NCBI GenBank assembly: GCA_043826355.1
Contig: JBDRQI010000009.1
Coordinates: forward strand, 8,625-72,624
DNA: 64,000 nt
Direction: 5' to 3'
Source: Candidatus Omnitrophota bacterium
GTDB taxonomy: Bacteria; Ratteibacteria; UBA8468; MWAK01
The notes under the pieces were generated by a model. That model saw nothing but the letters and a program-made list of their open reading frames with translations. It made no database searches and was not told the DNA's origin. Position numbers and translations under genes: made by a program. This document shows positions 40,260-47,978 of the stretch, one piece after another (the first letter of the stretch is position 1; each line of letters starts with the position of its first letter).

Positions 40260-40829
40260 TTATAAAATATATTTAAGCGCGCCTATCAAATCCGGTGAAA
40301 TGTGGTCCGGCTTTATCTTCCAACCCTCAGTCTCTTTCGCCAGAACAGTCTGCCCGGACAGGACCAGGATAGTTACCATTCCAAATTGATGGCCGGTAAT
40401 GATGTCAGTGCCAGAGTCACCCACAAAATAGGCAGCACTCTTTTCCAGGTTGAGGCGTAGTTCGGAGATCGCTTTCGTCACCAGTCCGGTGCCGGGTTTA
40501 CGGCAAAGACAGGCTTCGGCAGGGGTGTGCGGACAATAGAAAGAGGCATCAATCCTGCCTCCGGAAACAGCAACCGCTTCCGTCATCCTGCGGTCAATTT
40601 CCTTCAGGTTTTCCGCGGAGTAGATGCCTTTATTGACGCCTGACTGATTGGAGATGATAATAACCGTTGCCCCTGCCTGGTTAAGCAGTTTCAGCGCTTC
40701 CCTGGCCCCGGGCAGAAATTGAAACTCTTCCCAGCTCTTGGTATAATCGTGGGCGAAATACCGGCAGATAACCCCGTCCCGGTCCAGAAAAACAAGCGGG
40801 CTTAGTCTTGCTTTTACCGCTTTGTCCAC
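40260..40829 (-). CDS. gmhB: D,D-heptose 1,7-bisphosphate phosphatase (HAD IIIA)
   Basis: FLDRDG, SNQSG, CPH...CLCRKP, VGD. Confidence 0.88.
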   Translation of the reverse strand: MDKAVKARLSPLVFLDRDGVICRYFAHDYTKSWEEFQFLPGAREALKLLNQAGATVIIISNQSGVNKGIYSAENLKEIDRRMTEAVAVSGGRIDASFYCPHTPAEACLCRKPGTGLVTKAISELRLNLEKSAAYFVGDSGTDIITGHQFGMVTILVLSGQTVLAKETEGWKIKPDHISPDLIGALKYIL

Positions 40830-41203
40830 TGGTAACCCCGCCGTGCGCTCTTCCGGCCGTATTTCTTCCGTTCTTTCATCCGGGGGTCCCGGGTCAGAAG
40901 CTCTTCCTCGCGCAAAACGCTGCGCAAGTCACCGTTTAGCTTTACCAGGCCGCGGCTGATTGCCAACCGCACCGCCTCCGCCTGGCTGGCCTTCCCGCCG
41001 CCGGTAACTCTCGCCTTGATATCGAACTTCTCGGCGCAGTCGCCTTTGACCAGCGGCCTCTTCAAATCTGCCTGGACGAAACCATCCGGGAAATAAGCCT
41101 CTAACGGTTTTTGGTTAACGATAATCTTGCCGCTGCCGTCAAAAAAGCGCACCACCGCCTTGCTCGTTTTACGGCCGCCGCTGGCTACAATCAAATTTTC
41201 CAT
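40814..41203 (-). CDS. rpsI: 30S ribosomal protein S9
   Basis: GGRKTS, GGG..SQAEAVR, LLTRDPRMKERKKYG..ARR..QWTKR. Confidence 0.97.
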   Translation of the reverse strand: MENLIVASGGRKTSKAVVRFFDGSGKIIVNQKPLEAYFPDGFVQADLKRPLVKGDCAEKFDIKARVTGGGKASQAEAVRLAISRGLVKLNGDLRSVLREEELLTRDPRMKERKKYGRKSARRGYQWTKR

Positions 41204-41282
41204 AATCCTTTTAGATTACTACAAACTGCCCCTAAAAGTCAAAGGCCCGGAGCGGGGTAATTTTGTGGTATAATTAAAAATT

Positions 41283-42020
41283 ATGGAAAGCATTACTATC
41301 TTCTACCCGATGTACAACGAGGAAGCCTGTCTGAAAAGGGCGGTGGAAGCCGCCAGAGAGGTGGGCGACCTGATGTCCGCGGAAGGTGAAATATCTGACT
41401 ACGAAATCCTGCTTGTTGATGACGCCTCAACCGATTCCACCGGAAAACTGGCGGATGAACTTTCCGCAAAAGACCGCCGGGTCAAGGTGGTTCACCACCG
41501 GACCAACTGCGGCCTGGGCGGCTCCATGAAGTCCGGGTTTGCCAACGCCGGGATGGACGTCATCCTCTATTCCGATGCCGACCTGCCGTTTGACATGATG
41601 GAGTTGAGGAAGGCGTACCGGCTGATGCGTTACTACGAAGCCGACCTGGTCTCCGCCTTCCGGTTTGACCGCACCGGCGAGGGCCGGCGCCGGCTCATCT
41701 ATTCCAATATTTACAACGCGCTCATCAAAACCTTTTTCCGCCTGCGGGTGAAGGACGTCAACTTTTCGTTTAAATTGGTACGCCGGGCTATCTTCAAAGA
41801 GATAACCCTTAAGTCCGAAGGCAGTTTTATCGATGCGGAACTCCTGGTTAAAACCAGCCGGTACGGTTTTAAAATCATCCAGTTCGGGACCGACTATTTT
41901 CCGCGCAGCCGCGGGGTTTCCCGGCTTTCCAGCTGGGGCGTAATCCTCAAAATACTCAGGGAGATGTTCCGGTTGCGCCGGGAAATAAGAGCGATTGTGC
42001 CCACCGTCAAAAGAAAATGA
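41283..42020 (+). CDS. Glycosyltransferase family 2 (polyprenyl-phosphate sugar synthase-like)
   Basis: PMYNEE, VDDASTD, YSDADL, DVNFSFKL. Confidence 0.9.
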   Translation: MESITIFYPMYNEEACLKRAVEAAREVGDLMSAEGEISDYEILLVDDASTDSTGKLADELSAKDRRVKVVHHRTNCGLGGSMKSGFANAGMDVILYSDADLPFDMMELRKAYRLMRYYEADLVSAFRFDRTGEGRRRLIYSNIYNALIKTFFRLRVKDVNFSFKLVRRAIFKEITLKSEGSFIDAELLVKTSRYGFKIIQFGTDYFPRSRGVSRLSSWGVILKILREMFRLRREIRAIVPTVKRK

Positions 42021-42817
42021 GCCGTTTTTTGATCGTCAACGCCGATGATTTCGGCTTGTGCGCGGAAATAACAACCGGCATCATCAAGGCACACACCGAC
42101 GGAATCGTAACCGCCGCTTCCATCGCCGCCAACGGAAGATATTTGAAAGAAGGGATAGCGCTCTTAAAAAATACCGGGCTTGACCCCGGCGTCCATCTCA
42201 CCCTGGTGGGCAAAGAAAAGCCGGTTTCCGGACCAATCAGCGGGCTGGTGGATGCTGAAGGATACTTTCTGGCAAACTACCGAAAGGTCATAGCCAGAAT
42301 TCTATCCGGCCGGTTTGACGAAACAGCCCTTAGAAAAGAACTCTTCAGCCAGGTTGGACTCATCCGGAATTACGGCATAAACCCAACCCACCTGGACAGC
42401 CACCAACACCTGCATCTTTTACCGGCCGTCCGCAATATCGCCTTAGAGATAGCCAAAAAATTCAACCTAAAATGGATCCGCCTGCCCTCAGCCAATCCGG
42501 CCGGATTTCAGGAAATAGGCCTGAACCTTCTAAGCCGGTCGCTGAAATCACGCGCGCAGCAACAGAAACTGCGTTTCACCGATTCTTTTCTCGGGTTTCA
42601 GGAAAGGGGAAGAATAAATGAAGAACGGCTCGCGCTGATGTTACGGCGCCTCAAATCCGGCCTGACTGAATTGATGGTCCACCCGGGCCACGATGCTTCC
42701 GGCAAATATGACTGGGGCTATCACTGGAAAGATGAATTCCAGGCGCTGACTTCGGAGAGAATAAAAGGGATAATCAAGGAACAGGGGATAACACTTACCA
42801 ATTTCGTGGGAAATTAG
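42017..42817 (+). CDS. ChbG/HpnK/YdjC family deacetylase
   Basis: IVNADDFG, GVHLTL, HLDSHQHLH, ELMVHPG. Confidence 0.93.
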   Translation: MSRFLIVNADDFGLCAEITTGIIKAHTDGIVTAASIAANGRYLKEGIALLKNTGLDPGVHLTLVGKEKPVSGPISGLVDAEGYFLANYRKVIARILSGRFDETALRKELFSQVGLIRNYGINPTHLDSHQHLHLLPAVRNIALEIAKKFNLKWIRLPSANPAGFQEIGLNLLSRSLKSRAQQQKLRFTDSFLGFQERGRINEERLALMLRRLKSGLTELMVHPGHDASGKYDWGYHWKDEFQALTSERIKGIIKEQGITLTNFVGN

Positions 42818-42902
42818 GGGAAATTAGGGACAGCCCCCATATTTCCTTACGGCAACTACAGATGACAGACATAGGAAATATGGGGGCTGTCCCTAATTTC
42901 CC
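42818..42902. repeat. Perfect 30-bp inverted repeat with 25-bp spacer
   Basis: GGGAAATTAGGGACAGCCCCCATATTTCCT (42818-42847) and its exact reverse complement (42873-42902). Confidence 0.9.
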
Positions 42903-42909
42903 TACCATT

Positions 42910-44472
42910 ATGAAAGAGCGGAAAATAACTTTACTTGCCCTCGCCATAATCCTCGGTTTCCTGGTCTTCCGCATCTTTTACATCGCAACGACCGGGTATG
43001 ACCTTTCCGATGACGAGGCCTATTTCTGGGACTGGTCCCGCCATCCGGCGCTCAGTTATTACGACCAGGGGCCGATGGTCGCCTGGATTATCCGGTTATT
43101 CACCCACTTCCTGTCCCTCTCGCCGTTTTCCGTAAGAATCGGCGCCCCCATCTTTATGGCCCTGACCGGCCTGGTCATCTATCTTCTGGCCAAAGATATA
43201 ATGAAATCTTCCGGTCTGGCGCTAATCGTCCTGCTTCTCTTTCACCTTACCCCGCTGGGGGCGGCCGGCGGTATCATTATGACTTATTACGCCCCCCAGG
43301 TCTTCTTTATGGCGCTGGTTGCCTTATTCCTGTGGCAGATAGTCAAAAGCGGAGAGGGGCGGTGGTGGTACCCGCTCGGCGTCTGCCTGGGCCTGGGCCT
43401 GCTTTCCCATCATATGTTCTTCTTCTTCACGGCCGAAGTGGGCCTCTTTCTTCTCCTTTCTCCCAAAAACCGGCGCTGGCTTAAGAGGAAAGAACCCTAT
43501 CTGTCGCTCCTGCTGATGCTGCTGACCGCCAGCCCCCTGATTATCTGGAACCTCAGTCATAATATGGTGATGTTCCGGCACGCCCTGGGAATGATGTCCA
43601 AGCCGCAGCATATTGCCCGGCCGCTGAATGAGCTTATGCAATACATCGGCGGTCAGGCCGGTGTCCAGACCCCGCTTTTTTTTCTGGCGGTTCTCTGGGG
43701 ATTATGCGTCAGCGGATATCGGGGCCTGAAATTCAAGATACCCCTCACCCGTCCCTCTCCCCCAGGGGGAGAGGATAAAGGTGAGGGGTATCTGTTTCTC
43801 TTCTGCCTTTCGGCGCCGGTGCTTTTATTCATTGCGCTCTTAAGCCTGGGCGGCCGCAGCGAAGCAAACTGGCCGGCCGCCGGTTACATTACCGGCGCAA
43901 TCGCCGCCGTTTACGTTCTGGCAGAAAGATACCGGACCGGAAAGAAACCGGCCCGGATTATCATCACGGCATCACTGGCGCTGACCCTGGTCCTCGGTAT
44001 CCTGGCTACGGCTGTCGCTTATTATCCGGCCTTCACATATAAAATCGGCATCAGGATAACGCCGGAGAACGACCCGGCAAACCGGCTCTACGGCTGGAAA
44101 GCGCTGGGTAAAGAGGTCTCTGAAGTTTTAAAAGATATGCCGGCCGGAACTTTTGTGGCGGCCAGCGGGTACGGCCAGGCCGCGGAACTGGCTTTTTACG
44201 TGGCGGGGAATCCGGAAGTTTTCGCGCTGCCGGCCGGAAGGCGTTTCAGCCAGTATGATTTCTGGAACAAAAATATGGATGTGGCCGGTAAGGATGCAGT
44301 CTTTGCCGATTACCGGCCGATGACCGAAGGGGCAAAAAAATTATTCCTCAAGGTTAAACCGGAAAGCTGCCTGATTATCCGCGACCGGCACAGCGGCCTT
44401 ACCCGGCGCACATTTTATATCTACCGCTGCTACGATTACCGGCCCCCGACCGAGAACCTGTTCAAATTTTGA
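42910..44472 (+). CDS. ArnT-like GT-C glycosyltransferase (GT39/83)
   Basis: DEAYFWDWSRHPALSYYDQGPMVAW, many TM helices, EANWPAAGY. Confidence 0.9.
   Translation: MKERKITLLALAIILGFLVFRIFYIATTGYDLSDDEAYFWDWSRHPALSYYDQGPMVAWIIRLFTHFLSLSPFSVRIGAPIFMALTGLVIYLLAKDIMKSSGLALIVLLLFHLTPLGAAGGIIMTYYAPQVFFMALVALFLWQIVKSGEGRWWYPLGVCLGLGLLSHHMFFFFTAEVGLFLLLSPKNRRWLKRKEPYLSLLLMLLTASPLIIWNLSHNMVMFRHALGMMSKPQHIARPLNELMQYIGGQAGVQTPLFFLAVLWGLCVSGYRGLKFKIPLTRPSPPGGEDKGEGYLFLFCLSAPVLLFIALLSLGGRSEANWPAAGYITGAIAAVYVLAERYRTGKKPARIIITASLALTLVLGILATAVAYYPAFTYKIGIRITPENDPANRLYGWKALGKEVSEVLKDMPAGTFVAASGYGQAAELAFYVAGNPEVFALPAGRRFSQYDFWNKNMDVAGKDAVFADYRPMTEGAKKLFLKVKPESCLIIRDRHSGLTRRTFYIYRCYDYRPPTENLFKF
43741..43788. 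repeat. 48-bp C/G double hairpin repeat, in frame inside CDS
   Basis: CCCCTCACCCGTCCCTCTCCCCCAGGGGGAGAGGATAAAGGTGAGGGG = PLTRPSPPGGEDKGEG. Confidence 0.85.
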
Positions 44473-44483
44473 TGCGCATTATC

Positions 44484-44556
44484 TGTCATTCTGAGCGATA
44501 GCGAAGAATCCCGTTGTTAAATACGAGATCCTTCGCAAAACCGGCTCAGGATGACA
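44484..44556. repeat. TGTCATTCTGAG..CTCAGGATGACA element between convergent genes
   Basis: 73-bp imperfect palindrome, closely similar to 50829-50901. Confidence 0.9.
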
Positions 44557-44560
44557 CTGC

Positions 44561-47116
44561 TTAGTCATACCCGAACTTCCGGACAAACCAGGTCTTGACC
44601 CCCTGGACCATAAACAGGTAGGTAATAACAATCAGGAAAAGGATGGCGAAATACGAGGCAGGCGGCGTCACAAAACCGAAAAATTTAGCGACCGGGGAAA
44701 GTGCGATAATCATGCCGATAGAAACAATCAGGATGGAGGTCAGGATTAAAAACCGGCTCGGCCGGCTCTCCAGGAAAGGAACCTTGCCGGTCCGGATGAC
44801 GTGAATAACCAGGGTTTGGGTACAGAGCGATTCAATGAACCACCCGGTCTGGAAAAGCGGCGCAGAAGCGCGAAATACGAACAACATAATACCAAAGGTC
44901 AAAAAATCAAAGACGGAACTGATGGGTCCGATAATGACCATAAATTTTTTGATGGCGCTGACGTTCCAGGGCCTGGGTTTCAGAAGATAGTCCTTGTCAA
45001 TGTTGTCGGTCGGAATGGCAAGCTGGGAAAGGTCGTAAAGAAAGTTGTTGAGCAATATCTGGATGGGCAACATCGGCAAAAACGGCAAAAAGAGACTGCC
45101 GCCGGTCATGCTGAACATATTACCGAAATTGGAACTGGACCCCATCTTAACGTACTTAACGATGTTGCCGAAAGTCTTTCTGCCCTCAACCACACCGTCT
45201 TCCAGCACCATCAAACTCTTTTTCAAAAGAATAATATCGGCTGATTCCTTGGCAATATCAACGGAATTGTTTACCGAGATGCCGACGTCGGATGCCTTCA
45301 GCGCCGGAGCGTCGTTGATGCCGTCGCCCAGGTAGCCGACAATCCGTTTGTTGTCCCTCAGGGCGTTAATTATACGCTCCTTCTGTAAGGGTGAAAGCCG
45401 GGCAAAAACGCCGGTGGTCTCAACTAGTTCCCGCAACTCTTTAGGGCTGAGGGTGTCCAAACAATCACCGGTCACCAGGTTGGTTACGTCAAGTCCGACG
45501 TCGCTGCAAATCTTCCGGGTAACCAGTTCGTTATCGCCGGTCAGGACCTTCAGCTCAACACCCAAATTCTTCAGAGCCCGGATTGCGTCTTTCGCCGTAG
45601 ATTTCGGCGGGTCAAGGAACGCGACGTAACCCTTTAAAATCAGGTCTTTTTCGTCGTCCCGGGCATAGGCCTCTTTTTTAGCCTCAATGTCTTTGTAGGC
45701 AATCGCCAGAACCCGGTATCCCTCCGCGCTTAAACTGTCGTACTCTTCCTTCAGGTCGGAAAGGATTAAGTCTTCAATGTCAAACAATTCACCGTCCAGC
45801 TCATACCGGGAACACCGCTTGAAAATCTCTTCCGGAGCGCCCTTGGAAATCAATTTATCCTTGCCGTCCATCTCCACGACCACCGACATTATTCTCCGGG
45901 AAAAATCAAACGGTATTTCGTCCACTTTCTTAAACTGTTTAACCGGCAGTTTTGCGTACTTTAGGATGGCGCGGTCCAGCAGGTTCTTCAGCCCGGTCTG
46001 GTAGAAACTATTTAGATAGGCATATCTTAAAACGTCCTCATCCTCCTGCCTGATTACGTCGCAGTGCTTTTCCAGCACAATTTTATCCAGGGTGAGGGTG
46101 CCGGTCTTATCGGTACAGAGCACATCCATCGCGCCGAAATTCTGAATGGAGTTAAGGCGCTTGACGATGACCTGTTTTTTGGCCATAACAATGGCGCCCC
46201 GGGAAAGGTTAATGGCCACAATCATCGGGAGCATCTGCGGGGCAAGGCCGACCGCCACACCTAAAGAAAAGAGCAGCGCCTCAATCCAATTACCGCGGCG
46301 CATGGCATTGATGGCGAAAATAAACATTACCATAAAGAACATGGCACGGAGCATCAGCCAGGTAAAGCCCCGCATGCCCTTTTCAAAACCGGTTTCCGTG
46401 CGCATCGCGGCAATCCGCCTGGAGAGTTCACCGAACCGGGTGGAAATGCCGGTCTTGATGACAACGCCGAGCGCGGTTCCGCTCACGACGCTGGAACCCA
46501 TAAAAGCGATATTACTGAATTCGGAAGTAGTATTGCCTGCAGGTTGGACTGGCGTGGGGACTTTCTCAATCGGAAATGACTCTCCGGTCAGGGAGGCCTG
46601 GTTGATAAAAAGGTCCTTGCCGGAAATAATGCGCATATCTGCCGGCATCATATCTCCGGCGGATAAATCCACAATGTCCCCGGGCACAATCTCCCGAATC
46701 TTTATTTCGCGGAGTCGGCCGTTCCGGTAAACGGTGGCGGTGGCGCGAACCATTTCGCTCAGTTTCTCCGCCTCTTTCCCGGCGCGGTGCTCCTGGGCAA
46801 AGGAAAGAAAAACGCTCATGGCGGCCATCAGAAAAACCAGGACAGCGCTGATTTTTTCTCCGAAGAAAAGCGAAAATGATGCGATGATAAGCAGCACGAC
46901 AACCAGCGGATTAATAAACTTGGAGAGTATCTGGACGATTACCGTCCTCTTCTTTTTCCGGGCGGGCTCATTATAACCGTATTCCTCCAGCCGGCTTTCA
47001 ACTTCTCTTTCGGAGAGACCTTTTAAAGAAGTATTGAACTTCCTTAAAATTTCCTCCGGCGAAGAACTGAGGTATTCCGGGTCCGAAATCGGCGTCTTTT
47101 GTCCGTTATTAACCAT
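44561..47116 (-). CDS. mgtA: Magnesium-translocating P-type ATPase
   Basis: LTGES, DKTGTLT, LNSFYQTGLKNLLD, GDGIND, SSNFGNMFS, FQTGWFIES. Confidence 0.95.
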   Translation of the reverse strand: MVNNGQKTPISDPEYLSSSPEEILRKFNTSLKGLSEREVESRLEEYGYNEPARKKKRTVIVQILSKFINPLVVVLLIIASFSLFFGEKISAVLVFLMAAMSVFLSFAQEHRAGKEAEKLSEMVRATATVYRNGRLREIKIREIVPGDIVDLSAGDMMPADMRIISGKDLFINQASLTGESFPIEKVPTPVQPAGNTTSEFSNIAFMGSSVVSGTALGVVIKTGISTRFGELSRRIAAMRTETGFEKGMRGFTWLMLRAMFFMVMFIFAINAMRRGNWIEALLFSLGVAVGLAPQMLPMIVAINLSRGAIVMAKKQVIVKRLNSIQNFGAMDVLCTDKTGTLTLDKIVLEKHCDVIRQEDEDVLRYAYLNSFYQTGLKNLLDRAILKYAKLPVKQFKKVDEIPFDFSRRIMSVVVEMDGKDKLISKGAPEEIFKRCSRYELDGELFDIEDLILSDLKEEYDSLSAEGYRVLAIAYKDIEAKKEAYARDDEKDLILKGYVAFLDPPKSTAKDAIRALKNLGVELKVLTGDNELVTRKICSDVGLDVTNLVTGDCLDTLSPKELRELVETTGVFARLSPLQKERIINALRDNKRIVGYLGDGINDAPALKASDVGISVNNSVDIAKESADIILLKKSLMVLEDGVVEGRKTFGNIVKYVKMGSSSNFGNMFSMTGGSLFLPFLPMLPIQILLNNFLYDLSQLAIPTDNIDKDYLLKPRPWNVSAIKKFMVIIGPISSVFDFLTFGIMLFVFRASAPLFQTGWFIESLCTQTLVIHVIRTGKVPFLESRPSRFLILTSILIVSIGMIIALSPVAKFFGFVTPPASYFAILFLIVITYLFMVQGVKTWFVRKFGYD

Positions 47117-47190
47117 AGGGCTGAAAGTTTGAGAAAAAAATCTTGAAGTATATGTTATCATATTAATAAAGTATTCCAGAAATTGACACG

Positions 47191-47255
47191 GGATTCTTCA
47201 CTGCGTTCAGAATGACAAATCCGTGTCATACCCGCGGATAGTTGGCGGGTATCCA
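47191..47255. repeat. Half TCAGAATGACA element next to GTCATACCCGC..GCGGGTATCCA element
   Basis: Two repeat families side by side in a divergent intergenic region. Confidence 0.8.
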
Positions 47256-47298
47256 AAAATTTTCTTTATTTACTCGCTCGGCAACTACAATTAACAGC

Positions 47299-47862
47299 AT
47301 GATTAAAAAAACGCGTTTATCCTTAAAATTAAAAAGGGTTATCCTCGCTGCCTCCGTTCTGGTTCTGACCGCCGGCTCCGTTTACCTGCATTTTGACCGG
47401 ACCGGCAACTTCCGCATCGTCAGCCCGGGCCGGGTTTACCGGTCCGGGCAGTTGACGGAAAAACAACTGGAGGAATACGCCGGGAAATACGGCCTCAAGA
47501 GCATTCTGAACCTCCGGGGAAAAAACGAGCGCGCCGACTGGTGGAAAAAAGAGGTTGCCGTAGCCGACCGGCTGGGTCTGAAACATTACGACCTTGGGCT
47601 GTCGTCTCGCAAAGAACCCACCGAACAAGAGTTACAGGAATTAATCGCCGTTCTGCAGGAAGCGCCGAAACCGCTCTTGATACATTGTTTCGGAGGCGCG
47701 GACCGCAGCGGCCTGGCTTCCGCCATCTACCTTTGCCGGTTTGAAGGGTACCCCTACGAAAAGGCGCGGAAACAACTATCTTTTATCTATGGTCACAGCA
47801 CTTTGTTATATCCAGACAAAAAAGCGATGGACCGGGCCTTCGCCAATTTTTGCGTAAGATAA
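47299..47862 (+). CDS. Tyrosine/dual-specificity phosphatase family protein with N-terminal membrane anchor
   Basis: YRSGQ, LNLRG, HCFGGADRSG (CX5R). Confidence 0.9.
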   Translation: MIKKTRLSLKLKRVILAASVLVLTAGSVYLHFDRTGNFRIVSPGRVYRSGQLTEKQLEEYAGKYGLKSILNLRGKNERADWWKKEVAVADRLGLKHYDLGLSSRKEPTEQELQELIAVLQEAPKPLLIHCFGGADRSGLASAIYLCRFEGYPYEKARKQLSFIYGHSTLLYPDKKAMDRAFANFCVR

Positions 47863-47871
47863 AACAATGCA

Positions 47872-47968
47872 TGTCATTCTGAGTGAAACGAAGAATCCCG
47901 TCCTTAACTGCGCGATCCTTCGCAACTACGGCTCAGGATGACAGAGTGTTTAACGGCTCAGGATGACA
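47872..47968. repeat. TGTCATTCTGAG..CTCAGGATGACA element with duplicated right arm
   Basis: ACGGCTCAGGATGACAGA occurs twice. Confidence 0.88.
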
Positions 47969-47978
47969 GAATTGCCAT

